Source: Methanobacteriota archaeon
GTDB lineage: Archaea; Thermoplasmatota; Thermoplasmata; SG8-5; JAGLSY01
Length of the DNA stretch: 64,000 bases
Direction: 5' to 3'
NCBI GenBank assembly: GCA_020696385.1
Contig: JAEHCQ010000001.1
Span: forward strand, 480,001 to 544,000
Each line of letters begins with the position of its first letter. Position 1 is the first letter of the stretch. Shown piece after piece: positions 30,285 to 39,639 of this stretch. Under the pieces are notes generated by a model. The model was not told where the DNA came from. It did no database searches and saw only the letters and a list, made by a program, of their open reading frames with translations. A program made the translations under genes and the position numbers.

Positions 30285-30965
30285 CTACAAATGTCCCTCA
30301 AGTGCCTTCTTTCTTATTGCCGTGATGTTACTGGCTATAGGCTCATCGCCCCCGAAAGCGGCATTTCCCGCGACCAGCATGTTCCCACCATTCCTGGTGA
30401 CGACGTCCGCATTCTGCCTCCCAATGCCGCCATCCACCATGATATCAATGTCAAGATCATTCTCATCGATAAAGGTCTTGGCTTCCTTCAGTTTATCCAT
30501 AACCTCGGTCATGAACTTCTGACCGCTGAAGCCGGGATTCACGGTCATTATCAAAAGCAGATCAAGATCCTCCATGTGATCCCTGGCTTCTGAAAAGGGC
30601 GTTGGTGGATTGAGCGAAAGACCTGTTTTCACTCCCAGGTCTTTTATCATGGATATGGATTTGGATATGCAATCATCACATTCCGCATGCACGGTGATCC
30701 AGTCACTTCCAGCATCCGCAAATTTTTCGATATATTCCAAGGGATGGGATATCATCAAATGTGTGTCAAAGGGAATTGATACGAATGGTCTAAGCTGTTT
30801 CACGATAGCTGGTCCAAAAGAGATATTTGGTACAAAATGGCCGTCCATTATATCCAGGTGCAGCATGTCAGCGCCTCCCTTCTCCGCGCGAAGTGCGTCC
30901 TCTTCAAGATGTGTGAACCTTGCAGAAAGGATGGAAGGTGCGATCATTATCTTTCTTTTATTCAT
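30285..30965 (-). CDS. rpe: Ribulose-phosphate 3-epimerase
   Basis: IAPSILSA, HLDIMDGHFVPN, DTHLMI, MTVNPGFSGQKF, VDGG. Confidence 0.95.
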   Translation of the reverse strand: MNKRKIMIAPSILSARFTHLEEDALRAEKGGADMLHLDIMDGHFVPNISFGPAIVKQLRPFVSIPFDTHLMISHPLEYIEKFADAGSDWITVHAECDDCISKSISMIKDLGVKTGLSLNPPTPFSEARDHMEDLDLLLIMTVNPGFSGQKFMTEVMDKLKEAKTFIDENDLDIDIMVDGGIGRQNADVVTRNGGNMLVAGNAAFGGDEPIASNITAIRKKALEGHL

Positions 30966-31205
30966 GAGCCAGAATTCACATTGACGGTAAAATAGTTTTG
31001 CATCCACATGACCATGAAAATATTAGTAATGGTGATCGTGATGGTGATTGCCATGATCAATTATTACATAGATAATCATAATATCTAAATGATAAATCAT
31101 AATGTTATAGCTCATAATCAAGAAAAATGTTATGGGATTCCCCAGGGAATACCGACAATAGCCTTATATCGTCATTACCCCATTATTAATGAGTGAGGGA
31201 AAGAA

Positions 31206-31760
31206 ATGAGAGATTCCGCAAAACTATTGAAATTCAATTCAGACAGAGGCCTTACATTCGATGCTTATCGAAGTGTAAGTATCGATGTGTATAGATCACT
31301 GACATTCGATCTGAACAGGCACCTTATATTTGATATAAGTCGAGATCTCGGATTTGGAAAGAGAGGTATGATATTCAGAGGATTCATGTGTCCAGTGTGT
31401 AAAGCATCGGTCGCTGGGGATGCCCTGAAATGCGAAGAATGCGGCGTGAAGTTTCAGAGAAAGGCAGAAACTACAAAGAAAAAAACTTCCAATCAGAGAG
31501 AGCAGGATATTACAAAGAGGGCATCGGCAAAGAAAGTGCCTAAGTCTAAATCCCAAACTAGGAATAAACCAAAATCAACAGCCACAGCACCAAAGAAAAA
31601 TCGAGATACATTCAGGTGTCCAGTATGTGGAATTCCACTGTATGTGGGAACACAGAACTGCCCAGGATGCGGACTTATGTTCAGCAATTCTGCCACTGTA
31701 CGTAATGATACTCGCATCCCAAAGAGCCCACCAAAGAAAAATAGGCCTGGCGGGAGATAG
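31206..31760 (+). CDS. Basic protein with octapeptide repeats and two zinc ribbons
   Basis: LxFDxxR repeats; CPVC...CEECG and CPVCG...CPGCG. Confidence 0.65.
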   Translation: MRDSAKLLKFNSDRGLTFDAYRSVSIDVYRSLTFDLNRHLIFDISRDLGFGKRGMIFRGFMCPVCKASVAGDALKCEECGVKFQRKAETTKKKTSNQREQDITKRASAKKVPKSKSQTRNKPKSTATAPKKNRDTFRCPVCGIPLYVGTQNCPGCGLMFSNSATVRNDTRIPKSPPKKNRPGGR

Positions 31761-31806
31761 TTGGGAAATAAATCAAGATTAAAGTGAATAAAAGGAGTGA
31801 GAAAAA

Positions 31807-32382
31807 ATGATAATAAGCATGTATTTGATAATAGCACTGGTCTGCGGACTTCTGCTCATCATCATGGCTGCCTTGGGCGGCATTGGTGATGCAGATTTCG
31901 ATGCAGGTATAGATGCGGATCTGGACATCGACGCAGACGTAGATGTGGGACATGGAGACTTTGGAGGTACTGGCATAAGTCCATTGAGCATACCTGTGTT
32001 GCTCATATTCGGGACAATGTTCGGTTGCACTGGAGCCATCCTGGAAGCGATCGGAGATATGGGAGAATTATGGATCCCATTGGCATCCCTCATAGTCGCC
32101 ACCATAATAACAGCCATCACATTCGTGATCATGGTGAAGATATTCGTGAACAGCCAGGGAAGCACAGCCGTCGGCCTTTCTGACCTGGTGGAACTCGAAG
32201 CTCTGGTCACCATAAAAATAACAAAGGAAGATCCTGGACAGATAGTGGCAACAACCGAACAGAGGGGGCGAGTGACCGCTTCTGCAGTTGCAGATGAAGA
32301 TATTGCTACAAACAGTCAGGTGAAGATCACAGGAGTTATAGGTAACTCCGTTAGAGTAGAAAAATTGAACAAGGAGGAATAA
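31807..32382 (+). CDS. NfeD/YqiJ-like membrane protein
   Basis: N-terminal TM, acidic DADxD run, TM helices, C-terminal OB-fold (PGQI...V.ITGVIGNSVRVE); upstream of flotillin. Confidence 0.8.
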   Translation: MIISMYLIIALVCGLLLIIMAALGGIGDADFDAGIDADLDIDADVDVGHGDFGGTGISPLSIPVLLIFGTMFGCTGAILEAIGDMGELWIPLASLIVATIITAITFVIMVKIFVNSQGSTAVGLSDLVELEALVTIKITKEDPGQIVATTEQRGRVTASAVADEDIATNSQVKITGVIGNSVRVEKLNKEE

Positions 32383-32384
32383 AA

Positions 32385-33773
32385 TTGGAAGCAGAAACGA
32401 TCATAATAACTATGATTATGCTAGCGGTAGCCGTATTTGTTGCACTTGTTGTACTGTACGCTTCTCGCTACAAGAAAGTACCACCAGACAGAGCGATGGT
32501 AGTTTACGGGAAGAGAGGATTTAAGGTCATCACCGGAGGTGCGAAGTTCATTGTACCGATAGTTGAAGCTTATGAATTCCTTCCCTTGGACGTGAGAACA
32601 CTGGACGTCAATGTCCAGGATATTGTTACAGATGTGACAAGAAGTGGAGCCAGGGTCAATATCAAATCAGTTGCCCAGGTCAAGGTATCAAGTGATAAGA
32701 AAGTATTACACACCGCGGCCGAGCATCTACTTCACAAATCCCCATCCGAGATAGATGAGATCGCCATGAAGACACTTGAAGGTCATGTAAGAGGCGTATG
32801 TGCCACCCTGACAGTCGAGGAGATCAACAGTGATCGTGACATGGTCGGAGGCAAGATCCAAAATGGAGCTGGCAATGACCTTATGAACATGGGAATCTCC
32901 ATCAGATCCTTCGTGATAAGGGATCTTGAAGACGAGCACGGATACCTGAATGCCCTCGGTATAAAGAGGACCGAGGAGGTCAAGAGGGATGCGAGGGTCG
33001 GTAAGGCCAATGCCAACAGGGAAGCCACCATACAGGAAGCTATTGCTGCCCAGCAAGGGGAGCAGGCCAATGCCGAGGCTGAGGCACAAGTTGCCGTTTA
33101 CCACAGAGACAGGGACATGACCCGTCAAAAGGCTGAAGCTGAAGTTGAGAAAGAACGAGCCAACAAGGAGATATCCTACTCTATTCAGGATGCTAAAAGA
33201 AAGCAGGAACTGATCGTTGAACAGAGAAACATCGACATCAGGGACAAGGAGAAAAGAGTGGAGCTCCAGCAAAAAGAGGTTCTCAGGAAAACACAGGAGC
33301 AGGAAGCCGAGCAGGTTGTCCCAGCCAGAGCCATGGCCAGTGCGAAGATCGCCGAGGCAGATGGTGAAAGACAGAGACTGGCCCTTGTTGCCGCTGGTGA
33401 AGCTGAGAAGATCAGACAAGAAGGTAAGGCAGAAGCTGACGTCATAAGGATGAAAGGTCAGGCAGAGGGAGAGGCCATCCTGGCCAAAGGTCTTGCAGAG
33501 GCCGAGGCCATGGAAAAGAAGGCCCTTGCCTGGGAGAAATATGGCAAGGCGGCTTTGACAGAGATCATTGTCGGACAGCTACCAGCCATAGTTGCCGAGG
33601 CTGCAAAACCACTGCAGAACACCGAGAAGCTCATTATCATGGGTACTGACGGACCATCCAGATTGGTGGACAATGTGGTCAATATCGCGGCCCAGGCTCC
33701 AGACCTGGTGAAATCCCTGACTGGCATGGAAGTGAGTGAATTGGCCGGTAAGGTGAAAGATCTCATCAAGTGA
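32385..33773 (+). CDS. Flotillin-like SPFH domain protein
   Basis: RYKKVPPDRAMVVYG, TLEGHVRG, GYLNALG, AEA-rich coiled coil; TTG start after AGGAGG. Confidence 0.9.
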   Translation: MEAETIIITMIMLAVAVFVALVVLYASRYKKVPPDRAMVVYGKRGFKVITGGAKFIVPIVEAYEFLPLDVRTLDVNVQDIVTDVTRSGARVNIKSVAQVKVSSDKKVLHTAAEHLLHKSPSEIDEIAMKTLEGHVRGVCATLTVEEINSDRDMVGGKIQNGAGNDLMNMGISIRSFVIRDLEDEHGYLNALGIKRTEEVKRDARVGKANANREATIQEAIAAQQGEQANAEAEAQVAVYHRDRDMTRQKAEAEVEKERANKEISYSIQDAKRKQELIVEQRNIDIRDKEKRVELQQKEVLRKTQEQEAEQVVPARAMASAKIAEADGERQRLALVAAGEAEKIRQEGKAEADVIRMKGQAEGEAILAKGLAEAEAMEKKALAWEKYGKAALTEIIVGQLPAIVAEAAKPLQNTEKLIIMGTDGPSRLVDNVVNIAAQAPDLVKSLTGMEVSELAGKVKDLIK

Positions 33774-33804
33774 TTGGACAGCAAGATAATCGACAAACAG
33801 TAAA

Positions 33805-33850
33805 TGCCCGCCGTTAAAAGGCGGGCAAATTTTAATTTTTTAATTTCTTT
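33805..33850 (+). terminator. Stem-loop + U-tract terminator after flotillin
   Basis: TGCCCGCC/GGCGGGCA followed by T-tracts. Confidence 0.7.
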
Positions 33851-33935
33851 TATTACCAGCAGTGTTTGTTTCGATATGAATTTGTTTTTATCCCATACCG
33901 AAAATATTATAATACTCGCGCTTATCCTTTCCATC

Positions 33936-34763
33936 ATGCGCTTCAGCGTTGTCATCATAGTACGAAATGGCGAGATATTCATGCGAGACGCACTGGATAG
34001 TCTCGCACATCAATCTGTCAAGCCAGATGAAGTCATCGTCGTGGATGCGGAGAGCACTGACCGCACACAGGATATTACCAAAGAATATGTGAAGAAATAT
34101 GATTTCATCAAGCTTTTCATCGAGCCTGGAACACGTGGCGAGGGGCGTAATTACGGAGTCAAGGTCTCAACTGGTGACATGGTGGCCTTCATGGATGCGG
34201 ACGCGATCGCCAATGGCCTCTGGGTGGAGGAGATGAAAAGAGCCATGGAGAATGCGGATGTCGTCGCTGGCCGTGAGGTGAGGCTGGGATACACTGGCTT
34301 CACATCCCTAAAACGTGTCGGCATGCTGCACAAAGGTGTGGATATCACATACCCCAGCGTCAATCTGGCCTACAAGAGGTCTGTATTCAATGCCATTGGA
34401 GGATTTGATTCATGGTTCAAGGAAGCTGAAGAAGTGGATCTCAACTTCCGAGCGGTGGATGCTGGCTACAAACTTGTCTTCAATGAGAAGGCGATAGTCT
34501 ATCATAGGGCCAGGGAGACCTTTACAGGTTTCTTGAAGCAATCCTTCTGGTATGGATTTGGCAGGAAGGAGCTCTCTCTGAGGCATGGAACATTATGGCA
34601 GACCTACGAACCATTGGAAATGGTCAAGGTCAGCAAGGATGAATCGGTGTGGAAATTAATTCGTCTGGGTGCATCCTTTTTCGGCTACATATTCTGCAAG
34701 ATCACTGGGAAAAAGGAGACCATGAAGAACAGGCTGAGAGAATCAAAGGCCAGTGAGAGATGA
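33936..34763 (+). CDS. Glycosyltransferase family 2
   Basis: FSVVI, VVDAESTDRT, GRNYG, FMDAD, IGGFD. Confidence 0.9.
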   Translation: MRFSVVIIVRNGEIFMRDALDSLAHQSVKPDEVIVVDAESTDRTQDITKEYVKKYDFIKLFIEPGTRGEGRNYGVKVSTGDMVAFMDADAIANGLWVEEMKRAMENADVVAGREVRLGYTGFTSLKRVGMLHKGVDITYPSVNLAYKRSVFNAIGGFDSWFKEAEEVDLNFRAVDAGYKLVFNEKAIVYHRARETFTGFLKQSFWYGFGRKELSLRHGTLWQTYEPLEMVKVSKDESVWKLIRLGASFFGYIFCKITGKKETMKNRLRESKASER

Positions 34764-34798
34764 TAATATTTTTATTATTATCATAGTGAGATGAGATC

Positions 34799-35014
34799 AT
34801 GAAAATATCATGCAAGATCGAGATAGGATTTGACACCAAGGAAAAGGCAGATGCCGTGTCCAGTTCCATCAAGGTCGATGATGAGAATTATGTCAGAACC
34901 GATATTGTTGATAATGTGCTTGTGGCGACCATCACGGCTGATAGTGTTCCATCGCTGAATCACACCATTGAGGATTATATGGCGTGTTTGAGTATTGCGG
35001 AAAAAACTGTTTAA
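34799..35014 (+). CDS. pcc1: KEOPS complex subunit Pcc1
   Basis: 71 aa; SIKVDD...ITADSVPSLNHTIEDYMACL pattern. Confidence 0.75.
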   Translation: MKISCKIEIGFDTKEKADAVSSSIKVDDENYVRTDIVDNVLVATITADSVPSLNHTIEDYMACLSIAEKTV

Positions 35015-35077
35015 TATATCAGCGATACTCAAGAGTATTGCGGAAAAAACAATTGGAACAAACACTTATCTGATTGG

Positions 35078-35140
35078 TGAATAAAATCGTGTTAGTTCTT
35101 CTAATCGCTAGTAATATACAGAATATAGGCGATTAGAAAA
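35078..35140 (-). repeat. Palindromic repeat family B, copy 1 (between convergent pcc1 and tgtA)
   Basis: Reverse complement TTTTCTAATCGCCTATATTCTGTATATTACTAGCGATTAGAAGAACTAACACGATTTTATTCA is nearly identical to 56353-56416. Confidence 0.85.
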
Positions 35141-35147
35141 TAGAATA

Positions 35148-37097
35148 TCAATCTGATTTTATTCCATCCCTTACCTTGATACCTATGCCGGCCTTGAAAG
35201 ATATCAATTCATCTCTTATCATACTGGTTCTACCGCATGCCACCAGTTTGTCATCTGTATCGACCACCAGTACCTCGTCCCCGGGTATGAGTTCCGGATC
35301 CGCATCAATCACGAACTTGGCGAAAACATTCAACCCATCTTGATTGAAGACAGCTGTTTCTTTATCAACAATAACACGCAGTTTAGGACTTGGCAGAGCC
35401 TTGTGAAGTAGTTTGGCTCCAGCTGGCTTTAGAGTGAAGAAGCCATCACCAGCCCTCATTGATAGGATATGATCACCATCGGCCATGACATTTCGTATCT
35501 TCCCTGTCTTTCGGGATTTCTTCAATGTCACCTCGCCTTTGAAGAGAATATCCGCAGAATCTTTGCCAAACTGAAGGTCCGCGACAGCCCGGATGCGGAG
35601 CATGTCCAGGTCAAAGCTGCCGGGTTCGGATGAAAGGAAACCGATATTATCAAGGGTTTCCTGGCCCTCCCAGTAAATTCCTTGTCCTTTGAAATAATCC
35701 TCGGATAATTCCTTCAAAAGATCATTCTTTTCCTTCAGGATAGTTCCTTCAAGGCGATCCGGTGTCATGGATTGAGCCAGTGGATAGGCCTCGTCCAGTT
35801 CGATGGGCACTGGCCCGAAATAAGAATCCACCCAGAAATGCACATCACCCTGGGCGATAGAATTTTTTATATTATCGACATGGGTCCTTGAATAAGGCTT
35901 ATTGCTCTCCGGGAAGATCACATAGATAGGTTTGTCTGGCTGTTCATAGCGCTGGACCACCCGCTTCTTGAACCTGGAAACAGTAGGTCTTTGATAGCTT
36001 AATGATGAATTATGAAGAAATGCCAGATCCCTGCTCAATGGCTCGTATTTTTCCAGAGTGTCTTGGTACTTTGCAAATCTTCTGAGAGCCTCCATCAAAG
36101 ATGGATGGTTACGGCATCTGGTCTCGGTAAATTCCCACAGATGTCCTTCCACAATGGCCTGCCTCACCCTCCTGATCTCGGCAAATGATGCATGGAGATT
36201 ATGTCTGGCCAGTAGTTTTTCCTTGTCTGGAGCGTCCTTCAGCTCCTGGACACTGTGAGAGGAGCATATCGGACACTCACATGGCAATGTTTCCAACTCT
36301 TCCAGGAATCTCGTGCCATCCGGGAACATCATCCTACCCTTATTGGCGAACTTCGCATAAGCTGCAGAATCAAAAAGGTCGCAACCCATGAGCGCGGCCA
36401 GGGAGAATATCAATGGATGTCCACATCCGAATAGATGTACTGGTATCCCGGGATCCAGATGTTTCTTGGAGGACATCACGACGTCCACTAAAGTGGCATA
36501 ATGTTGCTTTTCCATCAAAGGAACAACCCCGCCGATGGGAAATAGGTCTATATCGAGCTTGGACGATTCCTCGGCAGATCTTTCCCTGAGATCCTTGAAG
36601 ACCCCTCCCTGTATCGTGCCAGCGATCATCATGTCCCCTTTTGCCTCAACTGACATTTTTGCCCGTTCCAATGTGATATCTAGATCCTTGGATGCTTTGT
36701 CATGCTTGTCCTCGGGTTCGGTGAAGATATCCAGTATAGTGCCTATATCCGAGCCTATACTTTTCTGAAATTCAATGATCTCCAGGGGGTCCAGGGGGAC
36801 CTCGCCATAGATATGGGACTGGAAAGTACCGGAATCTGTCATAATGGTCCCATCAAAATCAAGAAGATCATGCAAGCCCGATTTCAAAGCCCGATCTCTC
36901 AGATCATCATTCTTCTTGATGATATAGGAATTTGTGATCAGAGCCTGGATGCCGAATTCTTCGACCATCTCCTTTGGGGTGATCAAAAGTAGATTTGGAT
37001 TGATGACTGGCAGTAATGTGGGAGTGTCCACTGTATTGCTTCTTGTTTTGAACCTGCATATACGTGACTGACCATCCCTGTGTCTTAATTCCAGCAT
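35148..37097 (-). CDS. tgtA: Archaeosine tRNA-guanine(15) transglycosylase with C-terminal PUA domain
   Basis: TPTLLPVINP, MTDSGTFQ, PIGGVVPLME, HLFGCGHP, FDSAAY, CECPIC, PUA domain. Confidence 0.95.
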   Translation of the reverse strand: MLELRHRDGQSRICRFKTRSNTVDTPTLLPVINPNLLLITPKEMVEEFGIQALITNSYIIKKNDDLRDRALKSGLHDLLDFDGTIMTDSGTFQSHIYGEVPLDPLEIIEFQKSIGSDIGTILDIFTEPEDKHDKASKDLDITLERAKMSVEAKGDMMIAGTIQGGVFKDLRERSAEESSKLDIDLFPIGGVVPLMEKQHYATLVDVVMSSKKHLDPGIPVHLFGCGHPLIFSLAALMGCDLFDSAAYAKFANKGRMMFPDGTRFLEELETLPCECPICSSHSVQELKDAPDKEKLLARHNLHASFAEIRRVRQAIVEGHLWEFTETRCRNHPSLMEALRRFAKYQDTLEKYEPLSRDLAFLHNSSLSYQRPTVSRFKKRVVQRYEQPDKPIYVIFPESNKPYSRTHVDNIKNSIAQGDVHFWVDSYFGPVPIELDEAYPLAQSMTPDRLEGTILKEKNDLLKELSEDYFKGQGIYWEGQETLDNIGFLSSEPGSFDLDMLRIRAVADLQFGKDSADILFKGEVTLKKSRKTGKIRNVMADGDHILSMRAGDGFFTLKPAGAKLLHKALPSPKLRVIVDKETAVFNQDGLNVFAKFVIDADPELIPGDEVLVVDTDDKLVACGRTSMIRDELISFKAGIGIKVRDGIKSD

Positions 37098-37183
37098 CGT
37101 ATGTGGGAAAACGAACTTCAATATTATGTTTATGGGTTCTTGGATATGACTATGAAAATAGATCCATTATTGAATTGAAGGGC

Positions 37184-38329
37184 TTATCTGCGCCATCCTT
37201 CTCTGTAAACGGAGGAATCACTTCTCAGTCTGTGCTGTACAAGTCCTCCGACCAGGGCGATCAATAGACCAATAGCTATCTCGAATATTATGCTCGTCTC
37301 AGTACCATCAAATGGAAGCTCCGAGATCATCATCATGTAATGAACTCCACCCAGTATGAGGAAAGTGACTGCGATTATGGATGTGGTGATTATCCAGAAG
37401 GATTTGGGGATCATCTCTCTGCTTATCAAGGAATTGGCCAGATTCTTGGATTCGAAGACAAGAATGCTACCTGCGAACCAATATATTCCACCACTCATGA
37501 AAAGGATGGATCGATTGAATGCCCCCTCCGAAAGATCGGAAAGCTCCACTGTGGCACTATCATATCCTTTCAGAATACCAAAGAGGAATAGGAATAGGGA
37601 GAATATGAAGAAGGGTAATGTTAGATCGCCTTCGGACAATGATCGCCTGATCTTCCTTGGCCCATGCTTGAAGAAGTCTCCTATCCTGTAAGCACTCTGG
37701 AGCAGGAAAAGTCCAAGCATGAAGGAAAAGGTACCGAATGCTCGCTCGGAAAGTCCATTGATCCCCCCCTCAAAATTTCCCTGAAATATAAGATTGAAAA
37801 AGGGAAGTATGGAAATACCTCCATATGCGATAAGGATGATCGCTATTGGAGCGATGAACTTCTTCCTCATCTTCGCATCCTTGAGAACCTTGATTATATG
37901 ATAATAGAGGGATTCGATACTGCGAGACTGTTTGACCATCACGCTCCGGACTGAATCCACCTTGATCCTGGATGAAATTATAGGAAAAATGAATTCATCC
38001 TCGGCTCCATTGCTGACCAGTATGGCATTTGTGGCTCCCGTGGCCTCAATGGCCTCCTCAAGCTGTTTCGTGAGTATTATATCGGAATTATAACCAACAT
38101 CAGCATCTCCAAGAATGGTCGCTATGTCCACATCCAGTCCTCGTTTCTTAACATCATCATATGTGGATATGGCAGCAAGGATGGTGTTTGTATCCGCATC
38201 CTCTGGGTCCGCTATACCCAGAGCTAATGCGGCCTTAACATTTTCTTCCCGGCCTATAACCGGCCCTTCGAAATCCGTCTTGATCCCAAGGTCATTATCC
38301 CTATCAACACACAATACGAGAACTTTCAT
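37184..38329 (-). CDS. DUF373 family membrane protein
   Basis: LVLCVDRDNDLG, DPEDADTN, GAEDE, VKQSRSIES. Confidence 0.85.
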   Translation of the reverse strand: MKVLVLCVDRDNDLGIKTDFEGPVIGREENVKAALALGIADPEDADTNTILAAISTYDDVKKRGLDVDIATILGDADVGYNSDIILTKQLEEAIEATGATNAILVSNGAEDEFIFPIISSRIKVDSVRSVMVKQSRSIESLYYHIIKVLKDAKMRKKFIAPIAIILIAYGGISILPFFNLIFQGNFEGGINGLSERAFGTFSFMLGLFLLQSAYRIGDFFKHGPRKIRRSLSEGDLTLPFFIFSLFLFLFGILKGYDSATVELSDLSEGAFNRSILFMSGGIYWFAGSILVFESKNLANSLISREMIPKSFWIITTSIIAVTFLILGGVHYMMMISELPFDGTETSIIFEIAIGLLIALVGGLVQHRLRSDSSVYREGWRR

Positions 38330-38509
38330 CGTCTCTGGACCATCCAGTATTTTTATTTTGTTATGACTATATAGATGTATGTACTTATTTAACTTTCCAT
38401 ACATATTTCATACATATTTAGCTAATAATTGATATGATATACTATCTGCATTGAACAAGTGTAGATCGGTCGAACTCCAACAGGTTGGATCAGATCAAAA
38501 TATTATATA

Positions 38510-39283
38510 TTATTTTGACCCAAGGTATCGGCCAAAGCACAGATATCCAGTATGTCCAAGCATCTGGAAATCAGGTCTTGTACCTTTTTCTCCCACGACC
38601 AGATTTCTCAATAGGGTCTCCTGAGCCCTTATATCACTAAAATTCCTTCCTCTGAGATCCTTCACCGTGGATTCTATCTGGTTCATTGACGGAACATAGG
38701 CACACAAGGATCCGCCAGGCTTCAATGCACCCTCAACCATGTCAAGGAATCTCCAAGGTTCGGGATTATCTATCACAGCTGCATCGTACATATCCCTGTC
38801 ATCACAACTGTGGCCATCCCTTGCTTGTATATCCACAATATCGGAGAAGCCAGCATTGACAATATTGCTCTTTGCCAATTTGGCCGCTCTCTCATTTATC
38901 TCATAGGATGTGATGTGACCCATTGGACCAACCGCCCAGGCCATCATCATGGTCAGGTGTCCGGATCCAGTTCCAATCTCCAGAACATTTGAGCCAGGTG
39001 ATATCCCGCATCCCATGATTATCTCGGCCCCATCCTTCTGCATGATGATCTGTGCTCCTCTTTTGGAAACCTCTATAATATCAGTGATCGAAGGTCTAAG
39101 GCAAATATACGGCTCGCCAGCGAATTCCACAGTATCGCCTATCGTGATATTGGCTAATTTGGATGTATCGATAACTCCCAGCCTGGAATATTTTTGCATC
39201 CCCTGATCTGGTCGTACCAGGAACTTCTCCATCTTTTTATTGATCAAGAGTATCTGTTTAACAGGATTTTCGTTATCTTGCAT
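38510..39283 (-). CDS. trmI: tRNA (adenine-N1)-methyltransferase
   Basis: KRGAQII..KD, LEIGTGSG, DNPEPW, TRPDFQMLGHTGY. Confidence 0.88.
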   Translation of the reverse strand: MQDNENPVKQILLINKKMEKFLVRPDQGMQKYSRLGVIDTSKLANITIGDTVEFAGEPYICLRPSITDIIEVSKRGAQIIMQKDGAEIIMGCGISPGSNVLEIGTGSGHLTMMMAWAVGPMGHITSYEINERAAKLAKSNIVNAGFSDIVDIQARDGHSCDDRDMYDAAVIDNPEPWRFLDMVEGALKPGGSLCAYVPSMNQIESTVKDLRGRNFSDIRAQETLLRNLVVGEKGTRPDFQMLGHTGYLCFGRYLGSK

Positions 39284-39528
39284 ACACTTCAAAAACACAT
39301 AATAGCATATATTACTATTTCTTCTATATGATCATGAATATATGTAGGCACAATTAATGGTTTCATATTTACTCCAAAACATAGGCAAACTTTTTATATA
39401 TTTTTTTCAAATAGAAACAAAATAATAATTAATATTAAGGTATGATGATATTATGTAATAAATTATTATATTTAATTAACTAATTATTGAATATTATTAT
39501 TATATTTATTTTATAAGAATGTCGAAAT

Positions 39529-39538
39529 CTTTATATAC
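39529..39538 (+). promoter_or_regulatory. TATA box of the large surface-protein gene within an extended AT-rich region
   Basis: GAAAT-CTTTATATAC ~100 nt upstream of ATG 39640; A-rich leader with GGAGG SD. Confidence 0.55.
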
Positions 39539-39639
39539 GTTGAGAATTATGAATGACATAACTCGAACCCACACGCTAAAGCTAGGATGGGAACAAAAAA
39601 AGGAAGAGCAAAAACAGAGATTATAGGAGGAAAAACTCT

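Noticed and set aside
31010-31200. TCATAAT repeats and ATTCCC-CA-GGGAAT palindrome in the divergent rpe promoter
   Set aside because: Short, AT-rich context, no second instance noticed
39300-39530. Very AT-rich tract as a replication origin
   Set aside because: No ORB-like repeats or orc1/cdc6 nearby; fits a divergent promoter region
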